DNA from: an uncultured delta proteobacterium
GTDB lineage: Bacteria; Myxococcota_A; Polyangia; Polyangiales; B10-G4
Direction: 5' to 3'
Assembly: GCA_963727445.1 (NCBI GenBank)
Contig: CAVSGI010000008.1
Span: 384,001 to 448,000, forward strand
DNA length: 64,000 nucleotides
In this document: positions 50,641 to 60,199 of the stretch, piece after piece
Numbering within the stretch: the first letter of the stretch is position 1
How the letters are laid out: each line of letters begins with the position of its first letter
Made by a program: the position numbers and the translations under genes
Notes under the pieces: generated by a model
The model's database searches: none
Seen by the model: the letters and a program-made list of their open reading frames with translations, nothing else
What the model was told of the DNA's origin: nothing

Positions 50641-51930
50641 ATGCTTCGAATCAGAGATTTTCTGGGCACGACGCTCGTCGCGAGCGCCCTCTTTCTCACC
50701 CTTCCGGCGGCGGCGCAGCCCCGCTGCCAGGCACCTCAGACGTTGCTCGTGGTCGACAAGTCCTCCTCCATGCTGGGCGAGCTGCCGAGCGGGATGACCA
50801 AGTGGGAGGCCGCCACCACGGCGATCTCGGAGCTGGCGACGAGCTTCGCCGACACGGTGGATCTGGGCCTGATGGTCTTCCCCTACCCCGATCAGTGCGG
50901 GCCCGGGAACATCGAGGTCAACATCGGCCGCAACCCGGCGAGCGTGATCACCGATGGTCTCGGCACCCCCCCGCCCACCGGCGGCAACTACACGCCGATG
51001 GCGCAGAGCCTGGACGAGGCGGGCACCAATCCGATGCTGACCGCCACCGGCCGCGAGAGCTCCATCATCCTGATCACCGATGGCTGGCAGTGGTGCGACC
51101 CCTACGATCCGGCCACGCGCTTCACGCCGGTGGAGGCGGTGGGTCGCCTCGCCGACGCGGGCATCAGCGTCTACGTCGTGGGCTTCGGCGCCTCGGTGGA
51201 CGCCCTCACGCTCAACCGAAGCGCGGTGCGCGCCGGCACCGGTCTCGCGGGCTGTGACCCCACCCTCTCCGACCCGGCGGCGGCTGGTCACTGCTACCAC
51301 CAGGCCAACGACCTCGCCGATCTTCGCGCGGCGCTCATGTCCATCGCCCGGAGCATCACCGAAGAGGAGTGCAACGGCCTCGACGACGACTGCGACACGC
51401 GCGTCGACGAGGGCTTCGATGTGGACGCCGACGGCGTGACCTCCTGCGGCGGCGACTGCGACGACAGCGACCCCGCCGTGTACCCGGGCGCGATGGACAT
51501 CTGCGACAATCTCGACAACGACTGCGACGGCACCACCGATCCGGCGTGCGCGTGCACCGATGGCGCCACGCGCGGCTGCGGTCGCGCGGTCGGTCTGTGC
51601 ACGATGGGCACGCAGGCCTGCGTGGACGGTCGCTGGGGCGACTGCACGGGCTTCACCGGCCCCACCGACGAGCTCTGCGACGGGATGGATCAGGACTGCG
51701 ACGAGGCGACCGACGAGGGCGCCATGTGCGCGGATGGCCTCACCTGCATCGACGGCGTCTGCGAAGACCTGTCGGAGCCAGCCGACGGCGGTCCCCCGCC
51801 GCCTGGAGAGCGCGTCATCGACAAGGGCGGCTGCGGATGCCGCGTCGGCGCACCGAAGCAAACGCCCTACGGCTGGGTCCTCGTTGGGAGCGTGTTGGTC
51901 GTGGCGCTGGCGCGCCGCCGTCGCCGCTAG
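50641..51930 (+). CDS. VWA-domain surface protein with MopE-like Cys repeats and MYXO-CTERM anchor
   Basis: MIDAS DKSSSM, TP, LITDG; DCDD...YPGA..ICDNLDNDCDG; GCGC...TM...RRRR. Confidence 0.88.
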   Translation: MLRIRDFLGTTLVASALFLTLPAAAQPRCQAPQTLLVVDKSSSMLGELPSGMTKWEAATTAISELATSFADTVDLGLMVFPYPDQCGPGNIEVNIGRNPASVITDGLGTPPPTGGNYTPMAQSLDEAGTNPMLTATGRESSIILITDGWQWCDPYDPATRFTPVEAVGRLADAGISVYVVGFGASVDALTLNRSAVRAGTGLAGCDPTLSDPAAAGHCYHQANDLADLRAALMSIARSITEEECNGLDDDCDTRVDEGFDVDADGVTSCGGDCDDSDPAVYPGAMDICDNLDNDCDGTTDPACACTDGATRGCGRAVGLCTMGTQACVDGRWGDCTGFTGPTDELCDGMDQDCDEATDEGAMCADGLTCIDGVCEDLSEPADGGPPPPGERVIDKGGCGCRVGAPKQTPYGWVLVGSVLVVALARRRRR

Positions 51931-51973
51931 CTACAGCTCAGTTTCTTCGATGGGCGCGCGCATCAGAACGAGG

Positions 51974-52762
51974 TCATTTTTCGAAGCGTCCGGTCGCGGA
52001 GCCTTCGCAGTGTCGCTCGGGGGGTGGCGAGGGCTCGAAGTCCTCGAGTAATGCCCGGAGCATCGCGGCGAGCGCGCGAGCGCTCTCGCAGGCGTGCCGC
52101 GAATCGGCGTCGCTCGCTTGGGCGCACAGCTCCTCCGCCCGAAAATCCCGCGCGCGCGCTTCGTTCTCGAGCCAGCGGAAGTCCATCTCTTCGTCCACGG
52201 CCTCTTCTGAGCGTCGGCGGCTGCGGAGCTCCAGCGAACGCTCGCAGGCTTCGGATCCGTCATGGACCGAGACGTCCGCCGTCCAGATGCGACCACCGAT
52301 GGAGAGCGCGACGCGCGTGTCGTCGGTCATCGCGCGCAGGAGATCGAACGTCCTGACCTCGCGCTCGACCACCAGGCGTGTCTCGTCCTCTCCTTGCACG
52401 CGCGCTCGAGGCAGGTTCCCGTGCTCGCACGGTCGCTCGACGACCGGCTCGATGTCCATTTCGATCAGCTGTCGCTCGATGTGATCCACCAGCACCTGAC
52501 ATGCCTGAGCACCCGCTTCCGACCCGTCCTCCACGTGGATGTCCTGCCAGTCGCCCAACCCCGTGCGAACGCGCGCGTGAAACGCCTCGGTGTCCTGTGA
52601 AGAGGTGCCCGATGCAGGGCCTCCCTCTTCGATCTCGACCTCGGTGCCAGTCGACTCCGCTGGCGCGTGGTCAGCAGGATCGAGCGCGGAACCCCCACAC
52701 CCGGCGATGAGCCAGACGATCGAGGCCAACGCGGCGGGAGAGGCAGTCGCCTCGGACGTCAT
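51974..52762 (-). CDS. Hypothetical lipoprotein
   Basis: Lipobox LIAGC; TATCTT box 6 nt before the ATG. Confidence 0.6.
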   Translation of the reverse strand: MTSEATASPAALASIVWLIAGCGGSALDPADHAPAESTGTEVEIEEGGPASGTSSQDTEAFHARVRTGLGDWQDIHVEDGSEAGAQACQVLVDHIERQLIEMDIEPVVERPCEHGNLPRARVQGEDETRLVVEREVRTFDLLRAMTDDTRVALSIGGRIWTADVSVHDGSEACERSLELRSRRRSEEAVDEEMDFRWLENEARARDFRAEELCAQASDADSRHACESARALAAMLRALLEDFEPSPPPERHCEGSATGRFEK

Positions 52763-52818
52763 GGCTTCAAGATACACGAGCTGTCGAGGGCGGCGGGGAC
52801 GCGCCCCCAGCGTCGGCT

Positions 52819-53558
52819 TCAGTTGAAGTCGAAAACGTCGACGAGCTCGCCGCTCGTGCGGTCGATGACGCCGAACCAGACGGTGTCGGAGCCGACAAAG
52901 ACGACGTCCGGATGCGTGAGCACGAGATAGTCGTTCAAATCGTGGCCCGAGGGGTCTTCGTCTGGATCGGTGACCTCCTCCACGTCCGCCGTGTCGACCA
53001 GCCGCAGAGCCTCGGTGCGTGGGTTGCCGCCGGACGCGACCACCTCCGCTTCGTGTGCGGCGTAGAAGTCGAGCAGCGCGTGGCGGAGCCCGTTTGCGAA
53101 GGTCCGCTTCGAGGCCTCGATGTCTTCCGGTTGCGGCAGCTCGTCGAGGCACGCACCGACCTCGGCGACCGAGCCACACGGCTCGAGGTCGGCGTCCCGC
53201 CCGAGATCCTGAATGCAGCCCCGGACGAGCTCCTCGCACACGGGCGCCGGCCACGCCTCCGTGGGATCCGCCGACGTCACGCCGAGCGCGCTGATCTCGA
53301 CCGTCATGTGCACGTCGCGGCTGTAGCGCGCGCCGCTGGCCGTCTCGGCTACGTAGACCACCGCATCCTCGGTGGGGCTCGCCGCCCACGGGAAGGCGCT
53401 CGCCGAAAAGTCCGCGATCCAGCGCGTCGCGTCTTGCCGACGAACCACGGGCTCCGAGTCGTCGTCGTTCAGGCCGACGACACTCTCGACGTCGGCCGGC
53501 GTCGAGGCGGACGGTGAAGGGCGAGACAGAGGAGGAGCAGGGGGAGTGGGCGTCGCAT
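52819..53558 (-). CDS. Hypothetical secreted protein (signal peptide out of frame, break at about 53515)
   Basis: MRRPLPLLLLCLA in one frame; body ...DVESVVGLNDDDSEPVVRRQDATRW...ELVDVFDFN in another. Confidence 0.6.
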
Positions 53559-53752
53559 GCCTGCTGGCCGCGCAACCTTCGCGTCAACGACAACGCCGGG
53601 AAAGCCAAGAATTGCCCGGGGGCAGGACAAATTGGCCGGCCGGTGGGTCACGGATCGGTCGACGGAGGCGGGTCAGGCGACTGGGGACTCGCGAGCACGC
53701 CAACTGCCACAAGGAGGGAGCAGACCGAGCGCGAAGATAGGGAGAAATCGAT

Positions 53753-53768
53753 GGGAACGAGTGTTGCT
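53753..53768 (+). promoter_or_regulatory. Putative sigma54 promoter
   Basis: GGGAACGAGTGTTGCT (GG-N10-GC with TTGC); paired CAA..TTG sites 22 bp apart at 53606 and 53628 may be an enhancer. Confidence 0.55.
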
Positions 53769-53795
53769 GTTTCGGTGAGCGAAAGGCAGGTGCCA

Positions 53796-54347
53796 ATGAC
53801 TCGAACCGGAATTCTCTCGCTCTCTCTCCTCTTCTTCGTCTGGGGCTGCGCATCGAACGGGGAGAGCCCCGGGTCGACGACCGCCACCAACAGCAACGCC
53901 CTCGACTTCGATTCCTGCTACAGCCGATGCATCGGCGGCGGCCTCAGCAGCATGAGCTGCTATCGCAGCTGCAGCGCGCTCGCAGAGGGCGAGGCAGATG
54001 ACGCCGGCGTCATTCCGGTGTCGATGGGGGACGACGGATACGGCGACAGTGACGCTGGCTTCGGTGACGACGGCTACGGCGACGAGGGCTACGGCGACAG
54101 TGACGCTGGCTATGGCGATGACGGATACGGCGACGACGGCTACGGCGACAGTGACGCTGGCTATGGTGATGACGGCTATGGTGACGACGGCTACGGCGGC
54201 GACGACGGCTACGGCGGCGACGACGGCTACGGCGGCGACGACGGCTACGGCGGCGACGACGGCTACGGCGGCGACGATGGCTACGGCGGCGACGACGGCT
54301 ACGGCGGCGACGACGGCTCCGGCGACGACGGGTACGGCAGCGCATAG
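53796..54347 (+). CDS. Lipoprotein with four-Cys motif and Gly-Asp-Tyr repeat tail
   Basis: Lipobox VWGC; SCYSRC...SCYRSC; (G)GDDGY repeats. Confidence 0.78.
   Translation: MTRTGILSLSLLFFVWGCASNGESPGSTTATNSNALDFDSCYSRCIGGGLSSMSCYRSCSALAEGEADDAGVIPVSMGDDGYGDSDAGFGDDGYGDEGYGDSDAGYGDDGYGDDGYGDSDAGYGDDGYGDDGYGGDDGYGGDDGYGGDDGYGGDDGYGGDDGYGGDDGYGGDDGSGDDGYGSA
54027..54338 (+). repeat. Coding tandem repeat array (15-, 18- and 21-bp units: GDDGY, GGDDGY, GDSDAGY)
   Basis: Seven near-perfect ggcggcgacgacggctac units at 54195-54320, preceded by mixed units. Confidence 0.92.
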
Positions 54348-54391
54348 CTGCTCGTACGAACGGTCTCTCGACGGTCGTAGCCGCCCCGGAG

Positions 54392-56110
54392 GTGCCGTCG
54401 CCGGCGCGTTGGCCTCGACTGGACGCCCGGCCGGCACCGTCGCACAATTCGACAATCACCCGCTACGCCACAGCCCGGCCGCTCCTGGCATCGATCGCGC
54501 TCCTCGCTCTGGCCTCCTGCGCACAGGGGAGCTCGGGCCGAGTGAGCGCGCGTGGCGACGCCGCCGCCGATGCCGATGCCGGCGGAGTCACGGACACCGG
54601 GACGATCACGACCCCGGACTCGGGGGCGCCGAAGGCGTGCGAGACGGACGTGGACTGCGAGGACGGGCTCACGTGCACGGGGACCGACGTCTGCAGTGCC
54701 GAGGGAGAGTGCGTCAACACGCCTTTCGCGGGGTGCGACGACGGGATCGCCTGCACGGACGACACGTGCACCGAGCCGGCGGGCGACTGCCTCCACGCGC
54801 CGAACGACGGGATGTGTCCGACCGGACAGGCGTGTGACCCGAGCTCGGGCTGTGCGACGCCGCCGGCGTGCACCGGCGACGCGGACTGCGACGATGGTCT
54901 GGTCTGTAACGGCGTCGAGACCTGCGATCCATCGTTCGGCTGCCGCGCCGGAACGGCGATGGATTGCGACGACGGGATGACCTGCACCGCCGACAGCTGC
55001 GACGAAGCGTCCGGGATGTGCGTGAACGCCGGCATGGATGGGGACGGAGACGGCCACGTGATGGCGGGCTGCGCCGGCGGCGACGACTGCGACGACACGA
55101 ACGCCGCCATCGCGCCCGGGGCGACCGAGACCTGCAATGGCGTGGACGACGACTGCAACGGCGCGATCGACGATGGGCCCGGGCTCGTGTGCGCGATGGG
55201 GGCGTCGCCTTCCGCGTGCACGACCACCTGCGGCACCCCAGGCCTGCAGCCGTGCACCGCGACGTGCACGTTCGGAGCGTGCGCGGCGTCGGTGGAGACG
55301 TGCATGAACTCGTGCGACGACGACGCCGACGGCTCGATCGACGAGGGCTGCGCCGCGCCGCCACCGCCGCACGACACTTGCGGTGGAGCGATCGTCCTCA
55401 CCGGCTCGGGGAGCCGGAGCGGTGACACGCTGGTGGGCGCGACAGCGGACACCACGGACTGCGGCAGCGGGGTGGAGGTCTTCTACCGCGTGACGGTCAG
55501 CCGCAAGAGCATCGTCTACCTCGACACCTTCGGGACCGGCTTCGACACGCGGATCTCGTATCGCGGAACGAGCTGCCCGGGCTCGGCGAGCCCGTGCATA
55601 GACGACTCGTGCGGGACGCTTCAGACGCAGCTGGCGCAGGTGGTGAACGCCGGCACACACTACTTCGCCATCCACACGTTCTATAGCGGGACGACGCCCG
55701 GGCCGCTGGCGCTCGCGTATCAGATCGTGGACGCCGCCGGCGGCGACAACACGCTGATCACGGCGAGCGGCACCTTCAGCGGTTCGACCTCCGGGACGAG
55801 CGCGGTGAGCGCGAGCTGCGCGGGGGGCGCGAACAGCCCCGAGGACGCGTTCTACTTTCTGCAGTGCCCTGGCGCGGCCCGATCCGTCACCGCGACGACC
55901 TGCAACGCGGGCACCTCCTACGACACCGCGCTCCACATCCACGGCACCTCGGAGCTCGCGTGCAACGACGACGACTTCGCCTGCTTCTGGGACACCCTGC
56001 AGTCCAGCGTCACGGCCTCGACCACCGGCACCGGTGTCTTCATGATCATGGTCGACGGCTTCAGCAGCTCGAGCAGCGGAAGCTACCAGCTGACCATCAG
56101 CGGGCTCTAG
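54392..56110 (+). CDS. Cys-rich surface lipoprotein with CDDG.CT.D.C and MopE-like repeats and two C-terminal beta-sandwich (PPC-like) domains (start uncertain)
   Basis: Lipobox LASC; CDDGIACTDDTC; DCDDTNAAIAPGATETCNGVDDDCNG; FDT..CIDD and YDT..CNDD domains. Confidence 0.82.
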   Translation: MPSPARWPRLDARPAPSHNSTITRYATARPLLASIALLALASCAQGSSGRVSARGDAAADADAGGVTDTGTITTPDSGAPKACETDVDCEDGLTCTGTDVCSAEGECVNTPFAGCDDGIACTDDTCTEPAGDCLHAPNDGMCPTGQACDPSSGCATPPACTGDADCDDGLVCNGVETCDPSFGCRAGTAMDCDDGMTCTADSCDEASGMCVNAGMDGDGDGHVMAGCAGGDDCDDTNAAIAPGATETCNGVDDDCNGAIDDGPGLVCAMGASPSACTTTCGTPGLQPCTATCTFGACAASVETCMNSCDDDADGSIDEGCAAPPPPHDTCGGAIVLTGSGSRSGDTLVGATADTTDCGSGVEVFYRVTVSRKSIVYLDTFGTGFDTRISYRGTSCPGSASPCIDDSCGTLQTQLAQVVNAGTHYFAIHTFYSGTTPGPLALAYQIVDAAGGDNTLITASGTFSGSTSGTSAVSASCAGGANSPEDAFYFLQCPGAARSVTATTCNAGTSYDTALHIHGTSELACNDDDFACFWDTLQSSVTASTTGTGVFMIMVDGFSSSSSGSYQLTISGL

Positions 56111-56122
56111 CCAGGGCCAAAG

Positions 56123-56590
56123 CTAGTTTTCGGCGAGGGGCGCCGTCCAGATCGCCGGCTTCGATAGCGGGTCTCCGCACTTCGGACAGGCCACCTGGGG
56201 CAGGTCCCAGTGGGCGCGCATGCGGGAGAGCGGGTCGTCGGTGCCGAGGTAGATCGCCATCACGCGGTGGTTGCCGGTGAGCCCTTCCCAACCGCAAGAG
56301 TGCTTCTGTCGCTCGACCTGGACCCGCGCGTAGCCGCGGTCGATGAGGGCCACGTGGTAGACCCACCACGGCTTGCCTTCGGTGGGGTCGGCGCCGAGGG
56401 CGACCGAGAGTCCCGGGACGCGCGCGGCGAGGTCTCGAAATTGTTCGGGCAGGCGCCCCACGCCCACGGGCCGGCCGTCGAGCTCACCGGCCTCGAGGAT
56501 CTCGCGCCACGCTTCCTCGTCGGGGAGCAGGAGCTCCTGACCGTCGACGATCGCGCGAGAGATCCGCGGGTCGGTAGAACGAAGGGACAC
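56123..56590 (-). CDS. Hypothetical protein with possible metal-binding HSCG...CPKC motif
   Basis: 6 bp downstream of the preceding gene on the same strand. Confidence 0.6.
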   Translation of the reverse strand: MSLRSTDPRISRAIVDGQELLLPDEEAWREILEAGELDGRPVGVGRLPEQFRDLAARVPGLSVALGADPTEGKPWWVYHVALIDRGYARVQVERQKHSCGWEGLTGNHRVMAIYLGTDDPLSRMRAHWDLPQVACPKCGDPLSKPAIWTAPLAEN

Positions 56591-56596
56591 GTGCGC

Positions 56597-57541
56597 TCAG
56601 GGAGGGTCGATGCAGACCTCGCCGCCATCGGGCGCGGCGGCGGGACACTGCGCGGCGGGATCGGCGCCGGCCGGGATACCGGAATGATAGATGCGACACT
56701 GCACCGAGTCGCCGCCCACGCTGTTCGGAGCCCCGTCCGCCGGGTAGTCGGCGCAAGCCGTGGCGCAGTCGGGATCGAAGGTGATGGCGTCGCCGCCCGT
56801 GCAGTTGGCGGCCACCTGCGTGCAGTAGACCTCGCACCAGGTGCCGCAGACGTTTCCGCCCGAGGGGCCGGCAGCGGCGCAATTGGTCGGGTCGGTCTCG
56901 GCGCGCTCCGCGTAGGTCACCCGACAGCCGATGGTGTTGCCCGAAGTGTCCCCGTTTTCGCCCGTCGCCCAGCCGCCGGTGGTCTCGCAGTGGCCCATGC
57001 ACTCGGCGAAGCTACCGTATTGCGCAGCGCTCTCGCAGTTGCCGAGCACCAGGCCGCAGTACGCGAGGCAGGTCGGGGGCGGCGGCGGGACGCTGGTGTC
57101 GGGCAGACCGGAGTCGCCCGCGGTCCCGTCGGGCGCGCCTCCGTCGGAGGCCCCCGACGTGCCGATGCAGTGGCCGCCGATGCAGAAGAGCCCGGCGCGG
57201 CACTCCGATACCGAGGTGCAGGTTGCGCCCACGTCGGTGGTGCCCCCGAGGACGCATCGGAGCGCCCCGCCCACCATGTCGCAGACGAGGCCGCGCTGGC
57301 AGTCTCCGTCGTAGGTGCACTCGTCGCCCGAGGCGCTGCCGCCCGCGGGCTGACAGGTGCGGTTCGCGGCGCAGTAGAGCCCCGCGCCGCAGTCGTCGGT
57401 GTAGATGCAGGCGTCGCCCACGCCGCCCCCGCCGCCGTCTGGGCCGGCCGCGTCCATCGACGAGTCGCCAGTCCCAGAGTCGTCGCCGCAGGCCACGAGG
57501 ACGACCACGACGCAAAGACCTGACAGGCTCACTCGCTTCAT
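56597..57541 (-). CDS. Cys-rich lipoprotein (Dickkopf-like CxxxxDC repeats plus two C..YC repeat units)
   Basis: Lipobox LVACGDD; GDAC..TDDCG.GLYC-type unit x3; GNTIGCR and GDSVQCR repeats. Confidence 0.8.
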   Translation of the reverse strand: MKRVSLSGLCVVVVLVACGDDSGTGDSSMDAAGPDGGGGGVGDACIYTDDCGAGLYCAANRTCQPAGGSASGDECTYDGDCQRGLVCDMVGGALRCVLGGTTDVGATCTSVSECRAGLFCIGGHCIGTSGASDGGAPDGTAGDSGLPDTSVPPPPPTCLAYCGLVLGNCESAAQYGSFAECMGHCETTGGWATGENGDTSGNTIGCRVTYAERAETDPTNCAAAGPSGGNVCGTWCEVYCTQVAANCTGGDAITFDPDCATACADYPADGAPNSVGGDSVQCRIYHSGIPAGADPAAQCPAAAPDGGEVCIDPP

Positions 57542-57565
57542 GCGAACGATGCTAACGCGAAACGG

Positions 57566-60073
57566 TCAGTAGCGATCGATCCAGATCGGCGCCGTCCACG
57601 CCATCCGGTCGGCCGAGGGCTCGTAGACCTCGACGTAGAAGAACCACGCGCCGGGCGCGTCCGTGGGGAGGGACAGCGCCGTCGCGCCGGCGGGCGCGTT
57701 CACCTCGCTCACCATCCGCACCTCGTCGCCTCCGATCAGGCCGCGGTAGACGCGCACCACGAAGTCTCCCTCGTAGTCCGGATCGGAGAGGGTCAGGCTC
57801 GCCTGGACCGCATCCTCGGTGGTGCCGGTCTGGCCGCCCATCCGCACGTAGCCTTCCGCGTAGAAGCGCATCGCGAGGTTCTGGTCTTCGCTGGCGTAGA
57901 CCGCGCGGGCGTCGATGGCCGACATGAGAGCGTCCTCGGTGAGCTCTTCGGCGAAGACGACGGTGCGCGTCGAGTGACCAGTGCCCCAATTGGCCATGTG
58001 GTTGTCGTGGCTCGCGGCGGGGGCGAGGTGGAAGCCGTGCAGCAGGTAGTAGTCCCAGTCCCTGTGTACCTTGGTGTAGCGCTCGATCACGCCCTCTTCG
58101 TTCTCGCTCAGGCTGGGGTTCTGGCCGTGCTCGTGCCCGATCTCCTTACCGCGAGCGACGGTGACCTCCATCAGACGCACGTAGGGATCGGAGGCGCTGC
58201 GGATGTTGGCGAGGGTCTCGTCGACCACCGCGAGCTCGGGCATCGCGAGGCCGGCGATCCACGCGTCGCGCACTTCGTTCATGGGCGGGAAGTCGTCGAG
58301 CCCGTAGTCGTTGAACTTCTTGTTGCGCTGGCTGTTGTTCTCGATCTCGGTGAGCGCGACACCGAAGATCTGATCCCAGCTGCCGCTGAGGTACTCCTCG
58401 CTGACCCGCATGGTCCGCGGGTGGTTGAGCATCACCAGAGGGCGTCCGCCCGCGGCGGCCTCGCGGGGGAGGAACTCGCCGTAGAGCAGATCGAAGCGCC
58501 CCCGCTCCACGTTGGCGATCGCTTCCGAGCCGAAGATGTTGACGTGGTTGCCCGAGGAGTTGGTGCTCCACTCCATGGCGGGGATCGCCAGGAAGGCCCC
58601 GTCCGACTCCTGGCTGACCGCGCGCGCTTCGGCGAGGACCTGGTCGTAGCCGTCCTGGTCCATGTTCGCCATGTCCGGCGCGTCGGTCGCCGAGAAATCC
58701 GTGGTGTGCGGAGACAGCGCGAGGAAGTCCATGCCGCCCCGGTCGCGCGCGTACTCGTAGGCGTAGCGCGCGGCGGCGCCGAGATCCTGGGGCTCGTCGA
58801 CGGGATGGGCCTCGCCGCCCTCTTCCTCCTGCCGCTCCGCCAGCCCGTCGTCGCGAAGAGCGCCCTCGGTCGTGGTCGCGGCGAAGTGCGCGTGGAGATT
58901 TCCGAAGAACGCGCGGGTCGCCGTCGCGTCCTGCTCCGCGACGCTGCGCCCGGCGTCGAGGCTCTCAGCGGTGAGGGACCACGACCACAGGCGCGCGTAG
59001 AGCGACACGAAGGGCTCCGTCACTCGCGGGTCCTCGTAGCGCACGTAGTTCTCGTAGTTGTTGAAGAAGGCCGAGCCGGACCAGTTGCCGGAGCCGTTCA
59101 TCAGGATGCGCCCGTCGATGATGGCGAGCTTGTGGTGCATCAGCTGGTACGCCGCTTCGTTGCTCTGCTTGAAGCGGATCTGCCCGCCGGCGGCGAAGAG
59201 ACGCTCCCACGCATGACCGGTGGTGTGCGCTTCGCGATCGGCGGCGTTCACGATCACGCGGACGCGCACGCCGCGCTCGGCGGCCTTGGCCAGCTCCTTG
59301 ACCAAGTCGTCGAAGGTCAAGTGGTGCATGAGCACGTCGATGCTCGACTGCGCGTTGCGGATGGCGTCGCGGAGTCCGCGCATCGCGGCCGTCCCTGGCG
59401 TGAAGGCCGCCTCGTCGTTGCTGCAACCCACCGCGGCGTCGGGGTCGTCGCTCCACATCGCTTCGTAGTGGCACTGAAAACCCGACAGCAGCGCGTCGCT
59501 CGTGCTCTGGGCGCGAACGACGATTGTGTTCTCCTCGTTGATCGAGGTCCCGGTGGACGACCAGTTGTCGCTGCCGGTCAGAAGCGTCGTCCCGTCGACG
59601 ATCATGAACTTCGCGTGCTGCAGGCCGGCGTAGCTCCCCTCGTGCGTGCGCCCCTTCACGAAGCGCACGTCGAGACCCGCTTCCGCGAGTCGCCGTGAAA
59701 GGCTCCCCTCCTGATCCTGACCCGAGTCCATCGCGACCCGCACGGCGACGCCGCGTTCGTGGGCGGCGACCAGGGCCGCCTCGATCTCCCGCCGCGAGAA
59801 GGTGAATTGCGCCACATCGACGCTCGTCTGGGCGCCTTCGATCAGCTCGACCACCTTGGCGATGATCGGCGAGCGGGCGAGGAGCGCCTCTTTGTCGTCC
59901 GACGAGCATACGTTGCAGTAGGGCTCGGTGAGCACGACCTCGTACTGCCGCCCGTCCTCCCCGTCCGCCTTACCCCCGAGCGGAGCCCAGCCGTCGTCGC
60001 CAGAAGAGCCGGGAGCCGTGCAGGCGCTCAACGCGAAGAAGAGGAGGAGACTGAGGGCACGGAGCCGGCGCAT
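57566..60073 (-). CDS. Lipoprotein: tandem phospholipase D (HKD) domains fused to a PHP-like (CehA/McbA-type) metallohydrolase
   Basis: Lipobox LSAC; GKADG; QHAKFMIVD..TGSDNW and MHHKLAIID..NGSGNW; FGNLHAH, DFLALSPH, LNHP, SHDNH. Confidence 0.88.
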   Translation of the reverse strand: MRRLRALSLLLFFALSACTAPGSSGDDGWAPLGGKADGEDGRQYEVVLTEPYCNVCSSDDKEALLARSPIIAKVVELIEGAQTSVDVAQFTFSRREIEAALVAAHERGVAVRVAMDSGQDQEGSLSRRLAEAGLDVRFVKGRTHEGSYAGLQHAKFMIVDGTTLLTGSDNWSSTGTSINEENTIVVRAQSTSDALLSGFQCHYEAMWSDDPDAAVGCSNDEAAFTPGTAAMRGLRDAIRNAQSSIDVLMHHLTFDDLVKELAKAAERGVRVRVIVNAADREAHTTGHAWERLFAAGGQIRFKQSNEAAYQLMHHKLAIIDGRILMNGSGNWSGSAFFNNYENYVRYEDPRVTEPFVSLYARLWSWSLTAESLDAGRSVAEQDATATRAFFGNLHAHFAATTTEGALRDDGLAERQEEEGGEAHPVDEPQDLGAAARYAYEYARDRGGMDFLALSPHTTDFSATDAPDMANMDQDGYDQVLAEARAVSQESDGAFLAIPAMEWSTNSSGNHVNIFGSEAIANVERGRFDLLYGEFLPREAAAGGRPLVMLNHPRTMRVSEEYLSGSWDQIFGVALTEIENNSQRNKKFNDYGLDDFPPMNEVRDAWIAGLAMPELAVVDETLANIRSASDPYVRLMEVTVARGKEIGHEHGQNPSLSENEEGVIERYTKVHRDWDYYLLHGFHLAPAASHDNHMANWGTGHSTRTVVFAEELTEDALMSAIDARAVYASEDQNLAMRFYAEGYVRMGGQTGTTEDAVQASLTLSDPDYEGDFVVRVYRGLIGGDEVRMVSEVNAPAGATALSLPTDAPGAWFFYVEVYEPSADRMAWTAPIWIDRY

Positions 60074-60085
60074 GGCGCCCTGAAC

Positions 60086-60101
60086 AGCGAATCCCGTGCC
60101 A
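60086..60101 (-). promoter_or_regulatory. Putative sigma54 promoter
   Basis: TGGCACGGGATTCGCT, with a consensus -24 element. Confidence 0.7.
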
Positions 60102-60199
60102 TCCGAAGGCCACGAGATCTCGCGCGATTCGGGGCCGGAGGTGGCTAGCGGACGAGCCGCCGGATGGGCCTTTCTTCCACTTTGGGTACCCTGCCGGCC

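Noticed and set aside
54027..54338. Repeat array as a possible CRISPR
   Set aside because: Units are contiguous multiples of 3 bp without unique spacers, lie inside an ORF, and have no cas genes nearby. The same applies to 3649-3770 and 19990-20037.
57566..60073. PLD domains as an anti-phage nuclease (e.g. DISARM DrmC-like)
   Set aside because: The protein has a lipoprotein signal, and no helicase, methylase or other defence genes are nearby.
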